A DNA stretch of 64,000 nt from a virus. Its lineage: Duplodnaviria > Caudoviricetes. The DNA lies in the IMG/VR virus record IMGVR_UViG_3300032280_000442, positions 128,001 through 192,000 of that record. One strand, 5' to 3'. Shown here piece after piece: positions 18,768 to 29,439 of this stretch (its first letter is position 1; every line of letters starts with the position of its first letter). The translations under genes were made by a program, and so were the position numbers. Below the pieces are notes generated by a model. That model was not told where the DNA came from. It was given only the letters and a program-made list of their open reading frames with translations, and did no database searches.

Positions 18768-21215
18768 ATGGCATATATAGTTAAAAATACATCAGCATTA
18801 ATTAATACAAGATTAACCGACACGGCTAGACTAAAACTATCTCAAGGTAATTTTAATATTTCATATTTCCAAATAGGGGATAGCGAAATTTCATATAATA
18901 CATTAACCGGAACATCTTACAATCAAACTAGTAATAATATATTAGAACCTAACTTTAATTCTCAAAATTCTGCTCAAGGTCAAACTAATAAACAGAATGT
19001 TAAATACCCTATTTATGTTGACCAAAATAACAATAACACATACGGTATTCCATTTTCAGAACCAGCAGTTTCTCCAATATATAATAGAGCAACAATGAGA
19101 GGATTTTTTAGTGGTAATTCTTCTAATTTATCACAAACCTGGAGTGCTTATACAGACACTGATTATGTTATTAATTCTAATTATGTTGTAGATATTTCAA
19201 CATTTACAGGTGGAACAAAAATTAAAATAATTTACTCAGGATGTAATATAGATATTGTTAGATTACCAGTTAAAGGAGATTTAATCACAATTTTTTATGA
19301 TGGTAATACAACTTCTTGTGGTAGTGGACCAATTTCTGTAACTCCAACATCAACACCAACCCCAACACCAACCCCATCATATGATGCTTGTGCATTACCA
19401 CTACCAACACCAACACCATCGGCCAGTTGTTGTGTCACAACACCCACAGGATGTACACCAACACCTGTTATTAACACATTTTCAAATGTTGAAAGTTGTT
19501 ACAATATTTTAACTTATAAAATTATTGATGTTTGTTTAAATGTTATAACATTAGATAGAGTAACACCTAATTATTCATATATTGCATCGGGATGTTCATA
19601 TGTTAGAACATTAGTATATCCTCCAAATATGTCCGATTTATACGATAGTATATCACCAACACCCCATTGGAATCCGGATGTAATTAATTTTGAATCTATC
19701 TGTAACACAGATGAATTTGATGTTAAGGTTTGGAATATGAATATTCCTTGGACTGAAAACCCGGCAGGGTTAATTGATTCGGGAAGTAATGCTGTGCAAA
19801 ATTATAAATCATTTGGGTCTAAATCATATATTGGAACTAAAGAATATTTAGGTTATATGTCAAATAGTGGTCAAACATTTGTTGATTATAATGGTGACAT
19901 TGAAGATTCCGTTTATTATTATGATTCGTTTAGTAATAAAATTGTTGTTACACCTAAAGAACAGAAAGCCATTGCTATTATTCACTACACAAATAATACT
20001 ATTGATTTTTTCTATGGTGAAAAATTTGCACTTGAGCAACCTATTGCCGGGACAAACCCAATTGATGTTACAGGAGATGCTAGAAATTTTAAATTACATT
20101 TACCTTGGCTAATGTGGCATAAAAATCCTTATTCTTGCGCTAGTTGTGTGGGTGAAACATTTTATGTTTATCCACCTGAAAATTCGCTTAAAATAGACGT
20201 TAATACTTTATTTAAACCACACTACATTAAATCTACTAAAAATAACGATATGAATATGCCAGGTATTCGTTATTATATGTTATGGGACTCAAACCCTAAC
20301 GCTATTGATGGTAGACCTAATAGAGTTGGTAAAGTATTTCCGGACCAAAAAATAATTATAATTGATGATGAGGAATTAATAGCTGCATTATCTTATAAAT
20401 CAAATCGTAATTGGACTTTACCTGCGGCAACCACATCATTGATTGTCCCAAATAGTTGTAATTCGGAACAATCATCACCATTAGGAGTATTAAGTGGAAC
20501 TAACCAAACAATGTATGTTACTTATTTATTAACAAACACATCATCAGGAGCAACAAATTCATTACATTGTAACTACTACTCAAGTATAGTTGGTCCAAAC
20601 GTAGATTGTGGAACACCGGGTTCTCAAAATGTTGCAGTTAGATTTGGTTCAGAATTTAATTGTTTAAAACAAATCACAGGTAATACACTTGCAAATGGAT
20701 TTGTTGCAAATAGATTTCAAATAATTTGTCAATTAGTTGAAGATGGTGGAAGACCTGAATCTGATGGTTGGAAAATAATTGATTTTACTAACCAATTAAG
20801 TGCAACAACTGTAAATGGATTTTTAACTCAAAGTGGGTTAACAAACAATACATTTGTCATTACAAACGATTTATATAACCCATCAATATCAAACCAATAC
20901 AATTTAAGTAATTACATTTCCTTACCAACAGTTGGTCAAACAGGTCAAACACTTAATTTTGGTGATGAATACTATTTTTATGGAACATTAGAAACTGACA
21001 TTCAAGCAACCATTTATGAAATGAGATATAAAATAAATCTTGGTCAAGCAGAATTCCAAAACTCATCAAATCCAAGTTGGTCTCAAGGTCTTCCTCCATA
21101 TATTTCAGAAATTGGTCTTTACGATAACGAAATGAATCTTATGATTGTATCAAAGCTACAATCTCCTGTTCAAAGACAGGGTATTCAACAGTTTTTAGTA
21201 AAATTTGATTTTTAA
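18768..21215 (+). CDS. tail or fibre-attachment structural protein (tail-collar fibre DUF3751-like termini)
   Basis: N-terminal RLTDTARLKL...YFQIGD and C-terminal ISEIGLYD...LMIVSKL.SPV; internal TP linker. Confidence 0.65.
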   Translation: MAYIVKNTSALINTRLTDTARLKLSQGNFNISYFQIGDSEISYNTLTGTSYNQTSNNILEPNFNSQNSAQGQTNKQNVKYPIYVDQNNNNTYGIPFSEPAVSPIYNRATMRGFFSGNSSNLSQTWSAYTDTDYVINSNYVVDISTFTGGTKIKIIYSGCNIDIVRLPVKGDLITIFYDGNTTSCGSGPISVTPTSTPTPTPTPSYDACALPLPTPTPSASCCVTTPTGCTPTPVINTFSNVESCYNILTYKIIDVCLNVITLDRVTPNYSYIASGCSYVRTLVYPPNMSDLYDSISPTPHWNPDVINFESICNTDEFDVKVWNMNIPWTENPAGLIDSGSNAVQNYKSFGSKSYIGTKEYLGYMSNSGQTFVDYNGDIEDSVYYYDSFSNKIVVTPKEQKAIAIIHYTNNTIDFFYGEKFALEQPIAGTNPIDVTGDARNFKLHLPWLMWHKNPYSCASCVGETFYVYPPENSLKIDVNTLFKPHYIKSTKNNDMNMPGIRYYMLWDSNPNAIDGRPNRVGKVFPDQKIIIIDDEELIAALSYKSNRNWTLPAATTSLIVPNSCNSEQSSPLGVLSGTNQTMYVTYLLTNTSSGATNSLHCNYYSSIVGPNVDCGTPGSQNVAVRFGSEFNCLKQITGNTLANGFVANRFQIICQLVEDGGRPESDGWKIIDFTNQLSATTVNGFLTQSGLTNNTFVITNDLYNPSISNQYNLSNYISLPTVGQTGQTLNFGDEYYFYGTLETDIQATIYEMRYKINLGQAEFQNSSNPSWSQGLPPYISEIGLYDNEMNLMIVSKLQSPVQRQGIQQFLVKFDF

Positions 21216-21218
21216 CCT

Positions 21219-21818
21219 ATGAAAAAAACATTAAAAGAAAGCCCTAAAGTTTTAGGGCTTGATGTTTCAACCAAAACTATTGGGTGGGCATTATTTGACA
21301 TACAAAGTAGAGAATTATTAGAATTAACCCACGTATCTCCAACACCAAAACCAAAAGAAGAAAATAAAATAAAAGAATTACTTCTTAAAGGTGAAATCTT
21401 TAGAACTAAACTTTTAGAATATAAAGATATGGGTATTAGTAAAGTTATCATTGAAGAACCTTTATTAAACTCAAATAACGTCTATACTGTACAAACATTA
21501 TTAAGGTTTAACACTTTAGTCACAAAAGAAATTTACGACGTTTTAGGTATAGTTCCTGACTTTATATCAACATATAACTCTCGTAAGTTTGCCTTCCCTG
21601 AATTAGTCAAGGAAAATGACAAAGGTAAATTTGTATTATTCGGTGGTCTTCCAAAAGACATTGATAAGAAATTAATTATATGGGATTTAATAGCCAAGAA
21701 AGAACCTCAAATAACTTGGCAATACACAAGAAACAATACCCTCAAAAAAGAAAACTTCGACCAAACAGACGCTTATTGTTGTGTCTTAGGTCATATGAGA
21801 CAAGAAAATATATGGTAA
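21219..21818 (+). CDS. ruvC: RuvC-like Holliday junction resolvase
   Basis: VLGLDVSTKTIGWA, VIIEEP and DQTDAY acidic motifs. Confidence 0.8.
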   Translation: MKKTLKESPKVLGLDVSTKTIGWALFDIQSRELLELTHVSPTPKPKEENKIKELLLKGEIFRTKLLEYKDMGISKVIIEEPLLNSNNVYTVQTLLRFNTLVTKEIYDVLGIVPDFISTYNSRKFAFPELVKENDKGKFVLFGGLPKDIDKKLIIWDLIAKKEPQITWQYTRNNTLKKENFDQTDAYCCVLGHMRQENIW

Positions 21819-21819
21819 T

Positions 21820-21849
21820 AAAAAACCCCTCTTAACGGAGGGGTTTTTT
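21820..21849. terminator. bidirectional intrinsic terminator between convergent genes
   Basis: AAAAAACCCCTC-TTAACG-GAGGGGTTTTTT. Confidence 0.85.
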
Positions 21850-21862
21850 ATTTATTAACCTA

Positions 21863-24800
21863 TTACACAGATGTAAATGTTGAGTAATTACTTTCAATTA
21901 CATTTCCATTTATTAATGTCGCAGTAATTCTTATTCTATAATTATGTGTCGATGGTGGACAAGGCCCGTTCCATCCATTAGGTCCATCACTACCCGGGAA
22001 AGGTCCTTCCCAATCTGTTGGTTGAATATTTGCACTAATCCAAGCACCATTAGCTACGATATTTGTTTGAAGTGGGTCAATATCTGTTACATACCAATGA
22101 ACAAAATATCCTTCAGGACTACTACCAGGTGAGTCAATATCTTCACAAAGTAATTCATAACTTAAAATATTTGTAGTATCAAAATTATTTAAAATCCAAA
22201 CTAATTCAGGACTATCGTTTGCAGATGAACATAGTACTAAATTTTTATAATTAGAAGGAATTAAACCTCCTTCTGTATAAGATGTACTATATAACGTCAT
22301 TGATGGAATACCTTTCTTACAAGTTGAGAAAATATCGATACTACATCCATTAGGAAACTCTTTATTACATTCAGTTTTAAAAGTATACACAATATTACCA
22401 CTACTTGTTTCTGAATATGTCACATATCCTGAAACATTTAACGTAACCGTTGTATCACCATTAGTCGGTGGATATAATATTACTTTAATAATATCACCAC
22501 TATTTGTTGGTAAAGTACCTACAAATATGTTAACATCAAAATTAGGACCAAACGAATAAACAAGACTTGTAACATTATTTGGTGTTGTAACATATATCTC
22601 ACCAGTAACATCAGCCGCTTTACAATCGCTCCAATTTCTTAAATTTGTTGGACAAGCGCCCTCAAGAGGTAGAAAATCAAGAGCTTTTTTACAATCTTCA
22701 CAAGGTGTTCTACTTGGGATATTAGGGAATAATGTCACACCACCCGTAAAGTAATTATTAGGATATGTTACACCAAACCATTGATTTTGTAATTGTTGTA
22801 AATTACTACCAATAGCCATTAATTGCCAACAAACTCTACTAGGTATGTGTAATACAACATCATTAATTAGATTACCAGGAACTGCCGGAACCGGTTGAAT
22901 AACCACAGTTGTTTCAGACGGACGACGAGTTCCACAAATCATATACACGTAATACATAGTTTTTGATGTTGTAGATGGAGTCATTGTTGGTGTATGAGTC
23001 GGTGTTACCGTTGGTGTTGTTGTCATTGTTGGTGTTTTTGTTACTGTTTGTGTTGGTGTTTTTGTTACTGTCGGTGTCGGTGTTTTTGTTACTGTCGGTG
23101 TTGGAGTTTGAGTAGGTGTTACAGGAGGTGTCGTACCAACAGTTGCTGTTGGACTTGGCGTAAGTGTCGGTGTCGCAGTTCTTGTTGGTGTTAGAGTCGG
23201 AGTTTTAGTCATTGTAACAGTAGGTGTTGGTGTATATGTAGGTGTCGGTGTTGGAGTTGGTTTAGGACAAACACAATTAATACCATAATCTATATACATT
23301 TCTACTAAAACATCTGAATTCTGTAACGATGTTGGGTCGCAATTTGTTGTAACAGTTATACTATTATTAAAAGCGTCAATAGTTACATTACCAGGTCCAA
23401 TTTGAGGACACGATTCTATCAATGAAATAACCGTTGAAAACCATAATCCGTCTGTAGGATAATCAGTTAATGATGTACTATTATAAAATATTGTAGAGTT
23501 AACACAAGCCCCAACTGTTACTTGTGCAGTAAATGTCGCTGCAGTTAATTCACAATTATAATAACCTGAGGTTATTAACGCTTGAGAAATTAATTCGTTA
23601 TATCCTTCGTAAAAATATTGTTTTGGATTAGATTCTATAATAATACTATCACTTAATTTTCCATTACAAACATTATAATAACCAGTAGAACTAAATTCAG
23701 TATAACCTCTAATAGGTCTTAATTTTGTTTTAGAACAACCAGCACTATCAACAATTCTAACTGAATAATCACCTGCAGGTAAATTAGGTATTGTCATAAC
23801 TGATGTCCCAACTGTACCCCCATTAAAATATAATGTAAATGGCGGAGTTCCATTTGTAATATAAGCAGTAATTAAACCGTCATTATTATATGAATCATCC
23901 CCTAATAAATTAAAATCAATTGTATTTGATTGGTCAATTGTAAATGGTTGTGTTTGTTTACAAAATAATGAATCTGTAACAATTGCAAGATAATTTCCAC
24001 TAACTAAATTATTAAACGTATACGAAGTTAATGATACGTTATAAATAGATTGTCCATCAATCTGATATATATACGGTGGAGTACCTCCACTAGTTATAAA
24101 TAAAGTAACTGAACCATTATCACCATTACAAGTCGTTCCGGTGGTTGAAGTTCCCAAATCAAACGTATTAACGTTATTAATTGTATACGCACTTGTAAAT
24201 GAACAAGCCCCATTATCTGTAATATCTAAAGTATAATTTCCCGAAGAAAGATTATTAAATATCCAACTTGATTCATAAACAGTATTTGAATTTTGATTAC
24301 CTAATGAGTCAGTTAAAGTAAATGTATACGGAGAAACACCCCCAAAAACAACAATAGGACCTATTACTCCCGATGAATCATTACAAGTTGAATTTGTGAT
24401 GTCTACAGAAATTATTGACATCCCTCTTGGTGTTAATAAACTTGTACTTGTTGTAAAAGTACATAAACCAGCATCAACTACTTGAATTGTGAAACCTCCC
24501 GGTCCTAATCCTGTAAAAACAACTGTTCTATCAAACGTAATGTCCGTAACACCATTTGAACCTAAATAATAAAATGGTGCAGTACCTCCAGTTATAATAA
24601 TTTCAATTTCACCATCTGAAGTAAAACAAGTTGGTTGTGTTAAATAAATAGCACCTAACCCCACAGGTGGTATAGAAAAGATAACTGTAGTATTCGATAT
24701 TGAACAATAATTACTATCAGTTACGGTAACTGTATAAGTTCCTTCTGTTAATCCTGTAATACTATCATTTGTACTTCCGTTAGACCACAAATAAGTGTAA

Positions 24801-25417
24801 GGTGCAGTACCTGTTAATCCTGTTATAAATATTTTTCCTGAATTAACCCCACATCCAGCATCATCAACAGTATATAAACCAAAACTTAAGTTTGAGGAAC
24901 TTTTAACTATTACACTCTCAGATTTTCCTGTACATCCACCACCATCGTTAGCGATAACATAATAAGTCCCAACTGATAGGTTATCAAAAACATACGAATT
25001 ATTTGCAGGATAAAATGTTGATATTAAACCCGTAATTTCACTATATAACGAAAACACCGCACTTCCATAAAAATTAGTAGTTGATGCCGTTAAAGAACCA
25101 TTATTGGAATCACAAATAGTATTATTAACATCTAATATTGAAACACAGGTTCCACTAGATATATAAATGTTTACAGGTAGAACAGTATTACCCGAAATAC
25201 AACTATCAATAATGTTAAATGAATAGGTATTCGCAGATAAATTTGTTCTAGTGTATGCACTAACGCCAGCACCTAAGGCTGTTGTTCCTGTGATTGGGGA
25301 TAACCATTGGATGGTATAATCAGGAGCTTCACCAAAAATATTAATGGTAAATGAACCTAAGTTAAGATTAGTACAATCCCCTGTTATACTAGCGTTATAT
25401 GATAAAAGACAAGACAT
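21863..25417 (-). CDS. putative virion appendage protein: about 7 SprB-like repeats, Thr-Pro stalk, C-terminal YbhB/YbcL (PEBP) domain
   Basis: Repeats C...GS/GT.PY.Y...L..G.Y...V.D..C; PEBP motifs SPELVW, EDIDSP, FVHW, GPCPP..HNY. Confidence 0.85.
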   Translation of the reverse strand: MSCLLSYNASITGDCTNLNLGSFTINIFGEAPDYTIQWLSPITGTTALGAGVSAYTRTNLSANTYSFNIIDSCISGNTVLPVNIYISSGTCVSILDVNNTICDSNNGSLTASTTNFYGSAVFSLYSEITGLISTFYPANNSYVFDNLSVGTYYVIANDGGGCTGKSESVIVKSSSNLSFGLYTVDDAGCGVNSGKIFITGLTGTAPYTYLWSNGSTNDSITGLTEGTYTVTVTDSNYCSISNTTVIFSIPPVGLGAIYLTQPTCFTSDGEIEIIITGGTAPFYYLGSNGVTDITFDRTVVFTGLGPGGFTIQVVDAGLCTFTTSTSLLTPRGMSIISVDITNSTCNDSSGVIGPIVVFGGVSPYTFTLTDSLGNQNSNTVYESSWIFNNLSSGNYTLDITDNGACSFTSAYTINNVNTFDLGTSTTGTTCNGDNGSVTLFITSGGTPPYIYQIDGQSIYNVSLTSYTFNNLVSGNYLAIVTDSLFCKQTQPFTIDQSNTIDFNLLGDDSYNNDGLITAYITNGTPPFTLYFNGGTVGTSVMTIPNLPAGDYSVRIVDSAGCSKTKLRPIRGYTEFSSTGYYNVCNGKLSDSIIIESNPKQYFYEGYNELISQALITSGYYNCELTAATFTAQVTVGACVNSTIFYNSTSLTDYPTDGLWFSTVISLIESCPQIGPGNVTIDAFNNSITVTTNCDPTSLQNSDVLVEMYIDYGINCVCPKPTPTPTPTYTPTPTVTMTKTPTLTPTRTATPTLTPSPTATVGTTPPVTPTQTPTPTVTKTPTPTVTKTPTQTVTKTPTMTTTPTVTPTHTPTMTPSTTSKTMYYVYMICGTRRPSETTVVIQPVPAVPGNLINDVVLHIPSRVCWQLMAIGSNLQQLQNQWFGVTYPNNYFTGGVTLFPNIPSRTPCEDCKKALDFLPLEGACPTNLRNWSDCKAADVTGEIYVTTPNNVTSLVYSFGPNFDVNIFVGTLPTNSGDIIKVILYPPTNGDTTVTLNVSGYVTYSETSSGNIVYTFKTECNKEFPNGCSIDIFSTCKKGIPSMTLYSTSYTEGGLIPSNYKNLVLCSSANDSPELVWILNNFDTTNILSYELLCEDIDSPGSSPEGYFVHWYVTDIDPLQTNIVANGAWISANIQPTDWEGPFPGSDGPNGWNGPCPPSTHNYRIRITATLINGNVIESNYSTFTSV

Positions 25418-25452
25418 TTATTTTATCTAAATTATTGTATAGTTTATTTTTA

Positions 25453-28400
25453 TTAAAATCTTTGACAAGTAATACTAAATTGTACCCCAACATTTATTGA
25501 TATAGTTGTTCTTATTTGTGTTGATGAACAGTTAGTATCCCATATTCTAACCATAACCGCATTACTATCCTCATACCCAAGAATATTCCCTGACATATCT
25601 TCATAACGATAATCATATCCTAATGAAATCATTTGTTGTAACGTTTGGTCTAATGAGTAATTCCAATCATTTAAACAAGGATAACTATCTGTTATATTAT
25701 GTAACACACAATTAGGTGTATTATAAAGACCAGCACCATAAAAGAATGGTGATTGAGGAATATTAACACCATTTATCCTTATGTCAACAAACCATTGACT
25801 ACTAATCGAATTAAAATCACAATTAAATAGGGCCGGTGTAGGTCCAAGAGGAGGGTTAAGTGAATTATTAACAACATCATACAATACCAAATCAAATCCT
25901 TTATCAGGGTATCTATCACACAATGTTGACCAAACAGTACAATTGTTCAGATAAATACTACCTATAAATTTACAAGGTTTACAAAGAATCGGTACTAAAT
26001 CACAACCTCTTTGTCTTCTCCATACAAACTTTTGTCTATGAAAAATTGAATTCTCTAATTTAACACCTGTATTCCAAATAGTACTTGCCGGTATCATTTG
26101 TTCAACCAAACGAATCCAATAATCTCCCATACCACTAACATAATCAATCATAGTACTGTAGGTGAAATTATCATTTTGGACCCCCGCTAAAGATTCTGAC
26201 TGTAAATAATTCCAATATATCGATGATAGTGTTGGGTATCCACTTGTTCCTCCATCAGTCGCGTATTGTCTATTTCTAACATTAATTGTATTTCTCCAAA
26301 ATGTTTGAGCAAATTCAAAAAATGTTTGTTTTAATGGTTGAGGATTAATAACTGTTGAATCAACACCACCTCTATGTGGGTATGCAGAAATAGGGTCAGG
26401 ATTACATCTTGTTGGAGCAACATAACCTAAACCTTCATTCGCTATAGGATAGTTAGATTGTCTAGACATATACCAAACATCATATACTAATCCTTGTGCT
26501 GGATTTAAGTATAAATCAACGTTTTTAACATTAATTACTAAATTTTCATTATCAGCGTTATATAATGCGTCATACCCTCCGTCTAAATTACTTCTTGCAC
26601 CAATTTCAGTATCAACCCAACTTTTATTATTATCAACAATTGATGTTAAATTATAACCTAAATCAGTAAATGGAAATTTTCTATAAACATCCAAATATTC
26701 CTGACCATAGGTGAATGGAGCTAATTTTGTTTGATAATTTGGGTTTGACCCTGTAAATACACTTTTTGTTAAATCAGGTTGTTCCGGCGACCTATGTTTA
26801 GGTGTCGATTCAAACCATCCACTACCCATTTGATAATAATAAGTTTCAGAATTAACCGGTGACTGAGGAAAACCATAATCACTAATTGGAAAATCACTTT
26901 TAGTCACATTAGCTTCTTGAAGGACAGATGTTGTTGTAAAACCTGAATATTGATTACCTTGTATAGTAAAAGTATAACCACCGTCTAACGTAGGTAATGT
27001 TTTACTATAAGTTCCTCCTGATATGTTGGCATATTGTGAGTCAAAATCTGACATATTTATTTTTTGGCCCGCTAAATAAACATATTCATTAAACTCAACT
27101 AAAGCGTCCGGAGCACCAATCAATCTCATTAAAGTTTCGATTGACTTTCGAGTCCCTTTAGATTTAAACAAATATGCAGAATTAAGAACTAAATTTTTAT
27201 AATATTGATAATTTAATTCATCAGGTGTTTGAGATTGACCAACACCACTAAAAGCAGATTTATCTACATTTTTTTGACCAAAAACTGAAGATAAAAAATC
27301 ATCATTAGTTATTGGTGACATATTTGTTGACCAACCTAATGTTTGAGATAAATTTTTTAATAACTGTGATGGCATATCATTACCTGTATTATAATTTACA
27401 GAATTCATATAAGCCAAACCATTTATAAATTTCTTAGTTTCATCAAAACTTCTACCATAAATTTGTAATATTTTTTCAATTTTTTGGTCAGAAGTGTCAA
27501 ATTCTTTAAGTGAATCAGTTGTTAAAAATCTAGAAACAAGATTTGTTTGATAACCATCAAAAGACAAACTGATTTCATTTAACGTTGTTAAATAAGTCGT
27601 AAACGAATTTGTTAAAATATCTAAATTCCAATTACCATATAATGGCCAAGTAACTAATTTATTTTGTATATAATAAGTTCCATCATCATTTTCATTAGGA
27701 ACTTTAAAAGTTGCCGTATAAATAGGAACTATATTTCTGTTTAATAAAAATCTTTGAACCTCATCTAAATCTTCATTAAAAACTCTATTAACTTGATAGT
27801 CGTTTGGTCTAATAATTAAATCTTCATATGTTTCAGTTTGACTTGGAAACACATTACCTTTAAGATATATTTTAAGAACCCCTGTTGTCAAAGACGTTGT
27901 TGGGTCAATATGCGTAACATCATAACCACTACCACTATAATATAATGAATATTTGGTAAATTGAGTTGTCATATTTCTTAAAGGAGAAACTTGAATTTCT
28001 CTTAATTCTAAGTTTCTAGTGGAGTTAACTGTAAAATCGACATCAAATGGATTTCTAATTTTTGGAACACTAATTTCAATACTAGTTTCATCAGTGATTG
28101 GATTATAAGAAATATTTGTTGCCGTCGTACCGGTTATATAATTCTCATCCATAAAAGTAACTTCTAACGCCGCAGGGAATTTACTAATAATAGTTTCAAC
28201 TGATGTTGAAATTCTTTTAACCATTGACCCATATGAAGTAAAATTAGTTACCTGAGTTAAATCAAAATTTGGATATACTTTAAAATTATTTTCAAAAATA
28301 GCTTTTGATTGTGCAATACTATTAACACCTAACCCCTCTAAATTTATTGGGTTTGAAAATGTTCCTGTTGTAAAAGTCCTATTTGATTTTTCAGTAATAC

Positions 28401-28530
28401 CTGTTGTAAACTCAAAATTACCTTGCGTCAAACCTCCCCCCGCAACAAGTTGGAATCCAACTAAATTATCGGAAAAAGTACCAGCGCCGGAGGCTGTCTG
28501 TGGTGGACACGTAAATTTTTCTATTGCCAT
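25453..28530 (-). CDS. baseplate/tail protein (P2 gpI / gp7-like region)
   Basis: LLKNLSQTLGW and YLFKSKGTRKSIETL motifs; located in the baseplate operon. Confidence 0.65.
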   Translation of the reverse strand: MAIEKFTCPPQTASGAGTFSDNLVGFQLVAGGGLTQGNFEFTTGITEKSNRTFTTGTFSNPINLEGLGVNSIAQSKAIFENNFKVYPNFDLTQVTNFTSYGSMVKRISTSVETIISKFPAALEVTFMDENYITGTTATNISYNPITDETSIEISVPKIRNPFDVDFTVNSTRNLELREIQVSPLRNMTTQFTKYSLYYSGSGYDVTHIDPTTSLTTGVLKIYLKGNVFPSQTETYEDLIIRPNDYQVNRVFNEDLDEVQRFLLNRNIVPIYTATFKVPNENDDGTYYIQNKLVTWPLYGNWNLDILTNSFTTYLTTLNEISLSFDGYQTNLVSRFLTTDSLKEFDTSDQKIEKILQIYGRSFDETKKFINGLAYMNSVNYNTGNDMPSQLLKNLSQTLGWSTNMSPITNDDFLSSVFGQKNVDKSAFSGVGQSQTPDELNYQYYKNLVLNSAYLFKSKGTRKSIETLMRLIGAPDALVEFNEYVYLAGQKINMSDFDSQYANISGGTYSKTLPTLDGGYTFTIQGNQYSGFTTTSVLQEANVTKSDFPISDYGFPQSPVNSETYYYQMGSGWFESTPKHRSPEQPDLTKSVFTGSNPNYQTKLAPFTYGQEYLDVYRKFPFTDLGYNLTSIVDNNKSWVDTEIGARSNLDGGYDALYNADNENLVINVKNVDLYLNPAQGLVYDVWYMSRQSNYPIANEGLGYVAPTRCNPDPISAYPHRGGVDSTVINPQPLKQTFFEFAQTFWRNTINVRNRQYATDGGTSGYPTLSSIYWNYLQSESLAGVQNDNFTYSTMIDYVSGMGDYWIRLVEQMIPASTIWNTGVKLENSIFHRQKFVWRRQRGCDLVPILCKPCKFIGSIYLNNCTVWSTLCDRYPDKGFDLVLYDVVNNSLNPPLGPTPALFNCDFNSISSQWFVDIRINGVNIPQSPFFYGAGLYNTPNCVLHNITDSYPCLNDWNYSLDQTLQQMISLGYDYRYEDMSGNILGYEDSNAVMVRIWDTNCSSTQIRTTISINVGVQFSITCQRF

Positions 28531-29438
28531 TATTGAGTTATATTTGTAAAGTTTTTACTAAAATCTATATTATTTCCTCTATCTTGTCTAACCTCATATA
28601 ATAACTCATTAAATTGGTCTCTAATTTCATATAAGTTGTATTGTTTGTATATATTATTAGCATTATCATATAATGTGTAGATACCGTCATCAATAGATTT
28701 AGTTTGATTACCATATAGAGCAATTGCCAATGTTGAGAAATCGTGTTCACCAATTTCAATATCCAATGTTATTGGATTAAAGAAAGTATTTGTAATAATT
28801 ACACCTTGATTTGGTTGACCAATATATGGCGTAGCATTTGGCTTATTTGTTGGTGCCGAAGATGGTGTTAACGTACAGAATAATAAATTAGTATTATTGT
28901 CAGTATATTTATATCTAATCGCTTTTTGTGATGAGTTTGTTAAGTTTTGAACAACAGGTTCACAAAAAAATGATGAAGTAATAATTCTAAAAAAATTAGG
29001 TATTTTTGTCCCGTCCGAATTTAAATATTCAATTCTAAATCCAACCAACCCTTGATTGACAAATTTGTTACGATAAGTAGATGGGACTTGATTTAAATCA
29101 AAAATTAACCCTTTAACATTAGGAAGAGCAGATAAAACACCACAATCTAATATAGTCGTTCTTATTTGTGCAGGTCTAATAAATACGGTATATATACCTA
29201 TTTGGTTAAATTGTTCTGCAGGTAATTTTAAATTATATAACCCCCCTAATATCTCAATACCATTATTAACACCTGTAGTGTCATTATTATAGTAAGGTCT
29301 TAAAATAGACAATGCGTCCAATTTTGTTAAAACAAAATTATCCGTCTCATCTCTTGATGGTGTATAATTTAAAATTATCTCAACATCTTCCGGACTTACA
29401 TCAGCCGGTCTTATTGTTCCATATGTTCCTGTAGCCAT
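28530..29438 (-). CDS. putative structural protein
   Basis: 302-aa ORF coupled within the tail operon. Confidence 0.7.
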   Translation of the reverse strand: MATGTYGTIRPADVSPEDVEIILNYTPSRDETDNFVLTKLDALSILRPYYNNDTTGVNNGIEILGGLYNLKLPAEQFNQIGIYTVFIRPAQIRTTILDCGVLSALPNVKGLIFDLNQVPSTYRNKFVNQGLVGFRIEYLNSDGTKIPNFFRIITSSFFCEPVVQNLTNSSQKAIRYKYTDNNTNLLFCTLTPSSAPTNKPNATPYIGQPNQGVIITNTFFNPITLDIEIGEHDFSTLAIALYGNQTKSIDDGIYTLYDNANNIYKQYNLYEIRDQFNELLYEVRQDRGNNIDFSKNFTNITQ

Positions 29439-29439
29439 A

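Noticed and set aside
22994-23194. Cys-rich ORF resembling a metallothionein or RiPP precursor
   Set aside because: Antisense shadow of the TP array in 21863..25417.
9385-25417. Diversity-generating retroelement acting on the appendage genes
   Set aside because: No reverse transcriptase and no template/variable repeat pair noticed in this window.
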